The notes: generated from the letters alone by a model not told the origin. A DNA stretch of 64,000 nt from Antedon mediterranea (GCF_964355755.1 NC_092672.1:3348001-3412000); one strand, 5' to 3'. Shown: positions 11,824 through 24,915, numbered from the stretch's first letter. Numbers and translations: made by a program.

Positions 11824-14800
11824 ATGGCGAACAGTTTGGAAACCGTAGTTCGCGTAACATACAACGACCTAATAGAGGACAATAAAATGGAGAAAAAAAT
11901 GAATGGTAATATGTTTTGCAATTATTATTATAATTCATTTATTGTTAAGTATATTTTGCATGGTTATAATGAGTAGTTTTGTTTATTCGTGATTATAATT
12001 TGATGTTGCTGAAAGCCTTGCTAGGCCTATGAACAGGTTCATTTTTGAAAACGTACACACGACAAGGCCACGACAGCCTATGCTCCTACCTTACCAATGC
12101 TGTGTACCCCGGCCTAGGTTTGCTCTGGCTTAAACCCAATATTATAGTAGTACTTTGTGAACAATATTTATAGGGTAGCTAGGCCTGAAAGCTTACATTA
12201 AATATTTGATATTTGTTTGATGCAAAACTATTATTTGCATAATTTAAAAAAAAATCTGTATATTTTATACAAATACAGTGTAAAGTGTTAATTTAGGCTA
12301 CTACACAGTACTACTAGCTAAGCTAGGCCTACCACTGTACTATTAGTACTATGTAGCTATAATATTGTTGAATAGGCCCCATTCAAATTTCTGATTCTAC
12401 TTCAAATAAATAGCTGTACACCCATTATTGTTGTGTATTCAATTAAGATTTAATAGTGACATGATTCTTTTTTAGAATTAGAAATTGGTGATCAAGATGT
12501 TGCAATTGAGAAAAAGAAGAAAAAAGAACACAAAAGGCCGTCAAGAGCTATATACCAGCCAGGAGTTTCGCGACTATCGAGAATCAAAGATGAACAGAAC
12601 AGTGCAAAACAGAACATTGCAAAACATGACAAAGAAGCAAGTCCATCAAAAGATATTCCCCATTCTTCTACTCCTGCTAAACAAAACCAAAGTCAAGCCG
12701 TCTCACAACCTCACAAACCAACACCAACACAAAAGTCTGATAAAATGGTAAATAAAGAAGAAAATGTCGTTCAGGAAAAGTCTAAACAAATTCTAAATGT
12801 TACAAATCCGTCATCAGCTCCTCAGAAATCAGACAATGACTATAAAAAAGAAGAAAACATCATTCCAGATAATTCTAAACATTTCCCAAACCAGTTGCCT
12901 GGTCCTCAGAGATCACACAGAGCAAGCTCTAGAGAAGATACCATCACTCTGGAGAAATCAAAACATTTCCCAAACCAGTTGCCTGGTCCTCAAAGATCAC
13001 ACAAAGCAAGCTCTAGAGAAGAAAACATCACTCAGGAGAAATCACAGCATTTCCCAAACCAGCCGCCTGGTCCTCAGAAGCCACACAGAGCAAGTTATAA
13101 AGAAGAGATCACAACTCAGGAGAAATCAAAGCAACCTCAGAAATCACATAGAGCAAGCTATACAGAAGATTTTAATTCTGGAAAGTCAAAACCTTCATTT
13201 GGTGGAAATAATCAAAAAGAAGCTTGTAAGTTTGTGAATGAAGATAATTCTAAATCAAACATGAGGGTTTTAACTCAGGTATTTACACAATCAGGTAGAC
13301 ATGGCGGGAGAGGTGTTGGACAACAGTACTCTAACAACACTCAACAGCAATCAAAACCAAAACCTCCAGCTCTGATGGACTTAGTGCTTGATAAAAAAGA
13401 TCTCAAACCTTTTGGACGTGGTAGAGGTCGAGGTGACCACACAAAGTATTCTAATTCAAAACCACAGAGCCCCAAGAGCCGCTCAACAAATGTTCAAACT
13501 AAAAAAGAGGCAGATGGAATCATTAAAAGCTCTGATGATAATCAAACAAACACCAAACCTTTGGAAACTGACAATGATCGTTTGACAATCACCTTTGGTG
13601 TTGGTTCTAAGCAGAGACAGGTAACACAAACATCCAGCAATCAAAAACATAAAAGTTCCGATCCAGTAGTTCCACAACCAATCCTTCATGACCATCAGGT
13701 GATACCAGTTCCGTCTGAAAATTGGCACTCACATTCTGATGAAAACGTTGTCAAAGTTCTTTCAGAAAATTGGCAAGCAGCTGAGTACAATAATCAAAGA
13801 TTTGAAGCAAATGATAAAACTTCAGATGATCAAATTTTTGTTAGAAGTTCACCAGAATCAGTGGTCAAAATTGAGTCAGAAAATATATTGCCAGTAGCAA
13901 CAGAATTCGTCCATGCGCTACCAGAGAAACATCAGACTTCCATTGAAAAGGAACCTGGCAGAGGAAGGTTAAGAGAAGACGAGAGGCAGAACACAACTGG
14001 AATGACAAAAGATAAACATAAGAAAATGAAAGATTTTAGAGAGGAGCCATCCCATGTGCCTTATCAAGACATGAAATTATCAATTACTGTAAACAAAAAT
14101 GTCAGAGAAGTTAGAAACGTGTCAAACGTTAGTCGTTCTAGAAATAATTCTGATTCAGAACAAGCTGGAAAACGCATCAAGAACAGTGCGCAATCTGGAA
14201 GGAGACAAAGGGAAGAATGGAATAGAGGAGAAGTTGTTCATACAAATGAAGATTGGAAGCGTGGAGAAGTTGGACATAGACATGGTAAAAACGACGGTAA
14301 CAATTTAAACAGAGAACCAGCAAATAAGAAACTCGAATCTGAACAATCGTTGCCAAGAGGTGGTGGTATCCTAAAACTACCAAATGATAATTCAGGCATA
14401 GCTGGTTCACCTCCAAAAGTGCAGCATCAAGGTGTAAACAGAACGAACCATACACAGTACAACCAACATGACTCACGGCCTCAAAGACAGCAAGAACACA
14501 GAGGAAGAACAAGACGTGGTGACCAAAGTAGGTTATGGGATCCAAACAGACCAAAAGAAAAGCCTGCCATATCATCTAAGAAACATCATCATGATGAATT
14601 ACAGTTTCATGATCCTGATGAAGAAAATCATTATGAATATCGCAATATGACTGAGTTCGAAGGTCACTCAAATCAATATGGTGTCTACAACCAACTTGCA
14701 GGGCCTACTAACTGGGCTGATCAGGTAGAAAGTGGGTATTCTCCTCTTCCGCAGGACTTCTACCAAAGAGCTCCTCCTCAACCTTCTCCAGAGTACATCC

Positions 14801-17800
14801 AGCAAACTCAGGCATTGCAGACCTTACATCGAGATTCTGCCAAACGATTGCTACGCGATGCTGAAAGGTATCGAGACGATCTGCGCAAAATGATCGACCT
14901 AAGACTTAACAGTGAAGAAAGACTAGCAAAGGTGTTTGAAACGAGGTGAGAGAAAATGCAATATTTTTGTAAGGTAATCTTAGCAAGTTGAAACAAAACA
15001 GTTATCTCTTTATTTTTCTTCATTGATTTCTGCATTTTTATTATTACAGTATTATTTTCCCAATTCCTTGTTATTGCAGCATTTCACTTTCCCAGATTCA
15101 AAAACACTTATTTTACAAAATCCTATTCAACTAACAATGGATGTTTTCTTGTGTTAATTATTATGTTAATTAACTATAGGGGACACCTTTAGGACCCCCT
15201 AAAGTTTCCTCTTAATAGTGGTGTTCCCTGAATAGTGGTTGGCTGTAGTGTTAAAACTTATTTCTTGCCGTTTGTTTTCAAGGGAAAGCGTCTTAATAAG
15301 GAGGTGTTCTACTGTATGTTAATTAATTATGTTAATTTATGCGGATGTTTTATTATGTTAATCAATAGGAGTGACTTAGAGCAGCAGTATGAGGGTGTAG
15401 TACTTTTAGATCTTAACCTTTGTCATGAGAACTGCGTAGAACAGATCCTTTGGAAGTATGCCTATCATCAGGTTATTGAAGCACTACGTACAGAAATGCA
15501 GGATCAGGAGGCAGAAGAAGTTGCAATGTTGAAGTCATCTTTACTGAAGCTGCTGGACAATGTGAGTTATTTTAATTGTACACCCATGTTTACGTCATCC
15601 AAGTCTGTAGCCATGTTGTTCAAGTGTTTGAATCATTTCCACCCCCCCCCCCCCTTTTTTTTTTCCTGAATTGGCCTTTTTTACATCCAACCAAAAGCTT
15701 CATAAAGCTCTGTCTACACTATCAAACTGGTTTGACAAAAAAGTATGATGTGCCCAAATATGGTAGGTAGTGATATGCTTAATTAATAAGGTAGTGATAT
15801 TACATCACCATGGCCATTGGGCAAATCACATTTTTTTCTCAACAAAACAAAATACACAAGTATTAAATAACCTATTATTTTACTTGTAGGGTACAAGTTT
15901 TTATGAGGGACTCATAGCAAAGCTGCAATCATCATATGGATTTAATTTACAGCAACACACCACATGCCTTGATCCACTGCATTCAGAGAAAACCAGAAAG
16001 GTAGTCTAGTTGGTTAAATTGGTCTAGTCGTATAATTAACCATATTTGGTGGTTACACAATGGAAAAAATATATTACCACATAATATACACTAGTATAAT
16101 ATTGAAAATTAGGCAAAGTGTAATAAAGTACATGAATTAAATTTACTATTGTATTTTGTAGGTTGTTGAATTCTATTTTAATTATTTATGTTTTCTTTTT
16201 CCACATTGTTGATATTTTATTGGTATTTTTTATACTCAGATAAAGCTTTGTCTGTTGAGTGCTCAACGATGTATGATAGCTTTGGGAGATCTTGCTAGAT
16301 ACAAGGAACATGCCAACGATACTAGTAATTTTGGAAAAGCCAGAAGGTTTGGGGTTTTTTTCTTCATTTTTTGTTTTGTTAATGATGCATAAACACAATA
16401 TTTTAAAGATTTTTCTGAATTTCTTGTTTTTGTGCATGATACATGCCAGGCTTTAGAAAGAAGATTTCTGTTAAAATTATAAATTGTTAAATATTCCCAT
16501 TCATGTTTTCTTTTTAGTTGGTATTTAAAAGCTCAACAGTTGGCACCAAGAAATGGCAGGCCATACAATCAACTAGCTCTTCTGGCACTAAATACTGTAA
16601 TTAAACTTTTTAATATTAGTTTAACATTATATAAATATTGCATTCATCTATTTGGAATAATAGTACTGTCCACTCTCCCAATACCACACTCTCTGAAAAA
16701 GGAAACTTTCCCAATTTATTACAGTCCAAAAGTTCCCAAATTCATTTTTATTATTATATATAGGTAACTTTATTCCAAAAAATGTAACAAAACCACGCAC
16801 TGTGGATTTACAAAATCTGATACGTTCTTATATGCATGCATCCTACAAAAAAAAAAATATATAAAATAACGTAAAAATAAAGATTCAAAATAACAAAAGC
16901 CACTTTATTTTGTTATTATTAAAAACACATTTTAAATACCAGACTTTTTAGAAAACCAGACATATTTGGCCAGGTGTCCGGTATTGGGAGAGTAACTGTA
17001 ATTTAATCACTTTATAAATATATTTGTAATTAATTGTAGAGGAGGAAACTTGATGCAGTGTATTATTATATAAGAAGTCTTGAAGCTAGCAATCCATTTG
17101 AGTCGGCTAGAGAGAGCTTGAACACTCTTTTTGAAGAAGTCCGTCGCAAAGTAAGCTATGTTTTTATTATAAAAGAACATTAAAAGTTCTCAGTAACAGC
17201 ATATTACTTATTTCAATCAACTAGCTTCTCATTGGATGATAAAAGACCTGCCATTATACTATGCCGTGTACAATCTTCGTCTGCAATAAATGATTTTACC
17301 TGCAGAAGGCAAAGGTGTAAAAACTTGCCATGGTTATCTTAGGCCAATGTTTTTTGGTCAAACAATGAACTTTAGGCTCTAACAAGCAATGAAGCGTGAT
17401 GGGAGGTAAAATTGCTGTGCAGAATATAGGCTTACTATCTATCCCTGGAGGTATTTTTGATATAGAATACTTTGATAGGTATATTTACTTTCTGGGTTTG
17501 TTTCAGGTTGCATTTACTGAACAATCTAAGATGGAAGAACACAAGAAGAAAATGATACTAAAGCGTCAACAAATTAAACAACACAACAATGAGCTGAATG
17601 CTAGGAGGGAGGTTTGGATCGGCCACGATGGTCACAGAGTGGAAGAGACAAAAGAAGATTTGAAAGATGCGGATAATGAGATTGAAGACCTTGCTAGACT
17701 TACACCTGTAGAGGTAAACAGCGCCCTCCTTAATTCATATTTTGACCCATTTTGAAGGAATGATGCATGTTAGGCAATTTGTAATAGATCAGAAGGACAC

Positions 17801-20800
17801 AGATTCAATATGACAAACAAAAAAATCTTAGGCCAATGTTTTTTAGTCAAACAATGAGCTTTAGGCTCTAACAAGCAATGAAGTGTGATGGGAGGTCAAA
17901 TTGCTGTGCAGAACATAGGCTTACTATCTATCCCTGGAGGTATTTTTTATATAGAATACTTAATTAAAAAGGCATTTTTACTTTTTTGAAAGAGTGATGC
18001 ATGTTAGGCAATTAGTAATAGATAAGAAGGACACAGATTCAATTTGACAAACAAAAAAAATGTGTGGAAGCTTAACTAGTCAACAAAAATGTCACAATTA
18101 CAAGCTTCTCTCTAGGTGACTTGGAAAAACAAACATTAAACACATCTCTAAAATTATTTCATTTTTGTTCATACAGTATGCCTCAACAATGTGTTTCATT
18201 TTACAGCAGAATTCAATATTTTTTTCTTTCTATGCACAGTTGAACAAACGATTTGTTGTGAGCTTCTTGAATGTCCATGGGAAACTGTTCACAAAAATTG
18301 GGTAAATTTTATTTTATCATCAAATTTATCAAATCATATATCCCAATATGCATCACTGTAGATGGTTTGCCAAATGTTAAAATTACATATTTTGTTTGTT
18401 TTTAGAATGGAAACGTTCACTATGGCAGTTGAAGGTCTATTGAATGAGTTTGCAGGCCTTTTAAATCACAGCCCTCCTCCTATCAACAGTACAAGACTGC
18501 TGCAATTAATGGCTATTAACATGTTTTCTATTAAACACACTGGCTACAAAGGTTTGTTGATACTCATATATTAGGGAGTTCTCGAATTGCGACAGGTAAG
18601 TGAGTGAGTGGCCGAGCGGTTAAGACAGTGGAACCGTAATTACGTAGCCATAAAATCGGCAAGGGTTCGAGGCTCACTCACTCTGGTGGTAGAAAGGACT
18701 ATAAACCTTTGGTCCAGTGTATATAACTAGCTTGTGTGCACTTTAAAGAACCTGTGTCCTCATTCCTTAACTTGACGTAGGTTTGATGGTCTCTAGGTCC
18801 AGACGATGACCGACGACACATCGATTGACCTGACCTATGTTGGTCATTGGTCCTCGATCGTCGCAGATCGAGAGCTCTCTATTGTAGTAATAAAAAATGC
18901 ATATTTTGAATATTTTCATCACCAAATGTACAGATTTTAAAGCGTACGGTTTTTATAATGTTAAGTCTTTTATTTTACCTTAGATTCCAAAGACACCTAT
19001 CATTATGGACGTACACCTCTGCAAGAGCAGGCAATTCAGGTTGGACTACAAATGTTTGCGTTACTCCTCAATTCCTGTACACCACTTATAAAAGGTATTG
19101 TAAGAATCATATTCAGTACATACATACGTTTTCACCACCACTTTCCACTTAAGTCCATAAACTTACTTCACATGGTGTATAAAATTGTCTTCATCCTTAG
19201 CAGGAAATTCATTTGATGAAATACTTTTTTCTTTTTATTTCTGAACATTTATGTGAATTTAAATGACCACACCCCATGAAAGGCACTAGAAATCTGGCAT
19301 TTCTGGAATAAAAACTGGCCACAAAATGGTACACCTAACTACTGTAGAATACAAATATAGATTTGTAAACTGTTTGATGCCTTTAGGGCCTAATTTAGTT
19401 TGAACTGTGCATTATAGTGTGTTTTACTTGTTACAGAGCACATTAGAAGTACTTCAAATGAAGGTAATGTATTGAATGAAGATCTACGTGAATTGTTACC
19501 AGGTGTCAAGGTATGGGCTGACTGGATGATGTCGCATATATTGCTTTGGGAACAACCGTTGCTTAATCCAAGTCATTACAGGTATTTTAAACATCGTACA
19601 TCCTTTTACATAAGTAGTGAAGTTGTAGCCTTCCAATCCTAAAGACCAGCGTTCAATCCTGACCCTAGTACCAGTGTAGTGTTGCTCTCCCTAAAGCCTG
19701 TTTTCCTGTCGACGTTTTTGATGCTATCGTTGTTGATCGTTAACAGTTCAACGACAATCGCTTGAAAACGATCAAGTTGAAATGATAACGATAGCGACTA
19801 CCTTTTCCTGTAAATCATTAACATTTCAATGTTTACGTAGAAAATTGCCGATTATTGCCAACAATAGCATCGAATAACGTAGACAGGAAAACAGGCTTTA
19901 GCCTAAAATGTAATTGGCCAGTAACTCTTTTACACTCCTTTAAAAATAAAGGTGTACATCTCTTGTTTTGGCACCTTAAACATGTTCGATTATTCTAGAA
20001 GTTGTTTCTACAATGATATTGTTGATTTTCATACTAAAAAAAGATTTTAAAATATTTTTAGTAGATTACTTGATTTGATTTTTTTTTTGCAGTGTCACTA
20101 AAGATGTATGGGAAGAAATAGCTAATCTTCTGAATGTTATCATTATAGTTGATTCATCACCAATAAACTTCTCTTTAAAAAAGGAAGAAGGTAATTAATT
20201 TTGTGTTACTATATTATTAATATTGACACTCTGCAACTAGAAAAATGCAACTAGAAAAATGATATTTCAGAGACCACAACTATGAGGTACTATCTACACA
20301 CATCTAACAGAAATTGGGAGGCTTTGGTGGCCATGCTGGTTTTTGGTAATGAAACAATACTGCAGCAAAGCACATCTTTTAAGATTCTACAGTACAATTA
20401 AAACATTAAATTCATTTGTAGGCTGGCAGGAAGTGGTGTTACCAGAGGATGCAGCGATGGCAGGCTTTGTCCCCCTCCAGACCATCCCATTGCAGCCATT
20501 TTATCTTCCACCAGGACAAGATAAGGTGAGCTAACATTTTTGTTTTGTAAACTTTGACTTTTAGTTTATAAGTGTTCATCTCCGGGTCAAGATGCTTTTC
20601 AGCAGCGACAGTTTTCACCCCTGATTTAAACTGTCAACCAGTGTATGGCATTTAAAAATAATCAGTTTTTGCGATTCTGTCCAGCATCGGAAAAAATACT
20701 TATTTTTACTATTGAATTCCAGAATAATTCTCCAAATATTGCTTTTATACAGTCTTTAGAATTGGAAGTAAAAATATCATAAATTAGATTGAACCCTTAA

Positions 20801-23025
20801 AGATATATTATTCCCCTGAAAAAAAATATTATTATTCACTTTGACCAAAAATTGGATTTAAAAAATATATATATATTTACCTGAAAATTGTAATTTAATA
20901 AAGCAAAAAATAGTCAAATTGGCTGCTGCCAGCCAATGAGATTTTTTTTCTACTGAAGTGATTAACTTTATTAAACTACAAAATAACTGATTCAAAGTCT
21001 GATTTAATTAATCTTAATCATTTTTCATATTTTGTGGACAATACAAAAGTGTTAATTTGTTTTTAGATTCCAGCAATGGACAAGGTTCGTGTGAATGCAC
21101 TGGTGACGTGGGGTAACATACTGGAAGGTCAAGAGAGGCCATTGATTGCATACAGTGCTAGCAATAAGCAATACTACTCATGTGCTCCATTGCACAGTCA
21201 TCCAGCATTGCCCACTAATGATGTAAACCATGATTTTAGTAGTGTGGTAAGGTTTTTGCATCACAACAAAAACATATCAGTTTTCATAGATCTACTGTTT
21301 TCACTGAACCATTGCGTCCACGTTATAAACAAAAAGATATTCCATATTCATAGAAAAAGGCATCCATACCATGAGCTAATGAAGCTGAAAACTAGAGCAC
21401 TTTGCAACAACAGCTAGTGTAGATTTTAATTAAGGGATGTTCTCATAAAAGCTGTTGGCTGTTTAAAAATGTTATTATGCAGAAATGTTATCTTACAATA
21501 TAACATAACATTAACAATGTTTTTATGTTATGGATGTTTATTCTAGAAGTAATGTTCTATAATAAGTATCTCGTTACCTATACCATTATTGGTCAATACC
21601 ACCACCATTCTTGGTCAACACCACCACCATTCTTGGTCAAGGTCATCACCACCATTGTTGGTCAACACCACCACCATTGTTGGTCAACACCACCACCATT
21701 CTTGGTCAACACCACCACCATTCTTGGTCAACATCACCACCATTCTTGGTCAACACCACCACCATTCTTGGTCAACACCACCACCATTCTTGGTCAACAC
21801 CACCACCATTCTTGGTCAACACCACCACCATTCTTAGTCAACATCACCACCATTGTTGGTCAACACCTCCACCATTCTTGGTCAACACCACCACCATTGT
21901 TGGTCAACACCACCACCATTCTTGGTCAACACCACCACCATTCTTGGTCAACATCACCACCATTCTTGGTCAACACCACCACCATTCTTGGTCAACACCA
22001 CCATTCTTGGTCAACACCACCACCATTCTTGGTCAACACCACCACCATTCTTGGTCAACACCACCACCATTCTTAGTCAACATCACCACCATTGTTGGTC
22101 AACACCTCCACCATTCTTGGTCAACACCACCACCATTCTTGGTCAACACCAACACCATTCTTGGTCAACACCACCACCATTCTTGGTCAACACCACCACC
22201 ATTCTTGGTCAACACCACCACCATTCTTGGTCAACACCACCACCATTCTTGGTCAACACCTCCACCATTCTTGGTCAACACCACCACCATTCTTGGTCAA
22301 CACACCACCATTCTTGGTCAACACCACCACCATTCTGGGTTCATGTGGGTGGTTCCCAAAGTAATTCTATATTATTGTATTTTAGGAGGAAGATGTGATA
22401 CTGGAAGGAGAGGTGTATGAGGATGATGAGAGAGAAGAGGATGGAAACATCAAAATGTTGAAACAAACTAAAGAACAACTTCAGAGGAAATTGGAAGAAC
22501 AGAATAGAAAAGAAAGAGAAATAGAGGTAACAGGTTATTTAAATTAAATATTCACAGATGAAAAGAATTATGGTCTATTTCTTTTGGTTCATTTCCTGGC
22601 CTGTGTAAAATCTAATAATCCATCGGATCCATTGTAAAGACATATTCACTCTTTTTATAGAATGCCTTATTGGAAGATAACTGTATTTCTTTAAATAAAG
22701 AACATAACAATTATTAAATACAAATAAAATATATCGGATCCATCATAAACACAGAGCTGGTATTGGAAGAGTTCACTATATTTTTTTAAATAAAAAATAA
22801 AAAATACATATTTTTTTTAAACAGGCAATTGTAGAAAGCCATCGCACACAAAGACAACTAATCTTAGAGATCGCTCCAATATACTTGGTTGCTGACACCA
22901 ATTGCTTTATTGATCATCTGCATGTCATACAGAGTCTTGTTGAAACAAAAAGATACACACTGGTTGTACCTCTTGTAGGTGAGTTCAGGCTGTAGGTTTG
23001 AGAGACAGTGCTGGATCCAGGATTT

Positions 23026-23068
<43 letters not shown>

Positions 23069-24447
23069 CACTGATGAAGGGCTAGTGTTGCCCGAAAGCT
23101 CTGCTAACTTTTCTGGCTGTTTTACTTTATCGTTTTGATTTAGCTTTTCGCTTTTTGTTTTGTATCTCCATTGAGATCCAGCCACTGATACACACAACAT
23201 TGTCATTTTTTCAGTAATTTTCCTTTGGATTTATATATATTTGCACTGATATATACTTGCACTGATATATATATATATTTCTCCAGGAAATAGAGGGGGA
23301 GGGGTGGAACAGGGCTTGAAAAATGAATTGCTGAACTTAGCATAATGTTCTATCTTTTTAAACATTCTTCTTTTGCAAAAAGTAGGTGAGTGGGGGAGGG
23401 GATTGCGGCGGGTTTTTAGACCTTGGATCTGCCTATGAGAGATAAATTTTTTTATTACATAAAAAACAGTTTCTGGATTTATGCTGTATTAGTGATTACC
23501 TAGAAAAGATTAAGTTTGAGTTGTTGGTTTGTTTTAGTAATTAATGAGCTGGACGGGCTGTCAAAAGGAGGACGAGATGATGCGACCTCAGGTCATATAT
23601 TGGCCGTTCAAAAGAATGCGACAACAGCAGTTGAATACCTAGAAGATGAGTTTGAGAAGCGTAACCGACACATTCGGGCTCTCACAGCCCAGGGAAACAT
23701 CTTACAAAGTATATCAATAAGAACAGAAGAGGCCTCAAATAAGGTATACTGGTTTGTATTAATATTCTGTGATTCTCTCTCTTTTACACCATCTCCAACA
23801 AATGATTCCGCAATTACAGAATGAGAACCCATGCTTTCTTAAGCCAGGGCAACCACCAAGCCACAGTGCCACTACTATATATAGAACTATATTGTATATT
23901 TTTACCTATTTTGTTTCTAACAAAATCAAATGAATTATTTCTATTGCTTATACAACCTTTGACCTTTATCCTTTTGATATGAGAAACCTTTTGTTTTTTT
24001 GACAGGGGAATAACGATGATTTGATATTAAACTGTTGTGTGTTTTACTGCTCTGACAAAGCCAGGGATTACATGCCAAAAGAAAAAGGTTACCTCTTCAT
24101 TATAGCACTTCTTTCTTAATTTTGATGCATTATTGGACTGTTAGCCTACATTGCATTGAAGTTATTACAATTGTTAATATGTAGTTTTATGTTCTTTCAC
24201 TCACAATATGCTGTCAAACATAATTTTTCCTACCTTTTTTTAAATAAGTCAAATGCATTCTGCTATTGTGAATTGACTGTCCATCTTTAATACTTCACAA
24301 TGATTTCTTTTAGATGCACCGATTTACCTAAGGAGGGAGGTCGTTCTACTGACGGAAGATCGTAATCTACGAGTCAAAGCATTGAATCGCAATGTACCTG
24401 TTAAAGATATCGTCAATTTTAGCAAGTGGGCTAAAATCAAGAAGTGA
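11824..24447 (+). CDS. SMG6: SMG6/EST1A nonsense-mediated decay endonuclease, ~1640 aa. Exons 11824-11905, 12476-14945, 15369-15561, 15890-16000, 16240-16346, 16518-16596, 17040-17150, 17507-17713, 18240-18301, 18406-18551, 18984-19094, 19437-19581, 20093-20190, 20422-20525, 21067-21246, 22386-22526, 22825-22978, 23538-23743, 24006-24087, 24314-24447
   Basis: The exons join into a 4923-nt frame with GT-AG introns. EJC-binding motif KRPSRAIYQPGVSRL; RLWDPN motif; EST1/14-3-3-like region (LGDLARY, YLKAQQLAPRNGRPYNQLA, DAVYYYIRSL); PIN domain (DTNCFIDHL, VINELDGL, GNNDDLIL, VVLLTEDRNLRVKA). Confidence 0.95.
15706..15840. mobile_element. Harbinger-type MITE, family A, right end lost
   Basis: TAA-AGCTCTGTCTACACTATCAAACT plus the family internal sequence. 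Confidence 0.75.
16664..17000. mobile_element. Tc1/mariner (pogo/Tigger-like) MITE
   Basis: TACTGTCCACTCTCCCAATACC ... GGTATTGGGAGAGTAACTGTA inverted ends in TA context; a related fragment lies at ~6518-6635. Confidence 0.6.
18571..18880 (+). mobile_element. tRNA-headed SINE with a Deu/Nin-like core (~18600-18752) nested in a short TIR element
   Basis: A box TGGCCGAGCGG, B box GGTTCGAGGC, acceptor-like stem GTGAGTGAG/CTCACTCAC, and core AAGGACTATAAACC..GGTCC..GCACTTTAAAGAACC. Outer inverted ends TAGGGAGTTCTCGAATTGCGAC / GTCGCAGATCGAGAGCTCTCTA. Confidence 0.65.
19695..19897. mobile_element. Harbinger-type MITE, family B
   Basis: AGCCTGTTTTCCTGTC.ACG / CGT.GACAGGAAAACAGGCT; TAA/TTA flanks. 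Confidence 0.8.
20797..21045. mobile_element. Kolobok-like MITE, family K, opposite orientation
   Basis: TTAA-AGATATATTATTCCCCTG ... GGACAATACA; reverse complement of the element split at 53167-55619. Confidence 0.65.
21582..22337. repeat. 22-bp minisatellite CCATTCTTGGTCAACACCACCA, ~34 copies, in SMG6 intron 15
   Basis: Read directly; it explains the His/Pro/Thr-rich ORFs with a 22-aa period. Confidence 0.97.
23028..23065. repeat. (TA)n microsatellite
   Basis: Read directly. Confidence 0.95.
23066..23107 (+). ncRNA. Minimal type I hammerhead ribozyme motif, Penelope-like element type
   Basis: gca-CTGATGA-a-GGGC-tagtgtt-GCCC-GAAA-GC-T-C-tgc: core CUGAUGA and GAAA, a 4-bp stem II, palindromic mini stem III (AGCT) and stem I gca/tgc; predicted cut after C23101. 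Confidence 0.75.
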
Positions 24448-24915
24448 TTAAAGAAATATAATATTTATGAAGTGATGAAAATGGAAGAAATCTGATAAAT
24501 ACATCTTAGAAGAATTTCTAAAGAGTTGGCAAATCTGGAGAAATGATGAAGAAGAAGAAGAAGAAATTACCAGTTTGATTAAGAAACAGAAAGAGAGAGA
24601 GCAACAGGTAGACTAAGAGAGGAAATTGTATGAGGGAAGGATCTTAGAAGCTAACTGGATGAATAGACATCTAAGGAGATACAATGGTTAGAAACAAATT
24701 AACTGACTAAGGATGAATAGACATTTGAGGGGATACAAGGGTTTTAGACAACTGACTGATGAATAGGCATTTGAGGAGATGCAAGGATCTTAAATGCAGC
24801 AAATTCTAATACATAGCAGATTGACTATACAGAAGCAGAAGAAGAAATCGACTCGAAAGACGGTACTCAGATTATGATCGCAAATAAAAATTAAATGGCT
24901 GAAAAGAAAGAGTAA

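Noticed and set aside
12485-14650. Alternative-frame ORFs overlapping SMG6 exon 2
   Set aside because: They are shadow frames of a long, A-rich, partly repetitive exon with no independent signal.
18600-18685. Functional tRNA gene
   Set aside because: No clean anticodon arm, and it runs straight into a SINE core.
21525-22420. His/Pro-rich ORFs as a real protein
   Set aside because: They arise from a stop-free 22-bp minisatellite inside an SMG6 intron, in all three frames.
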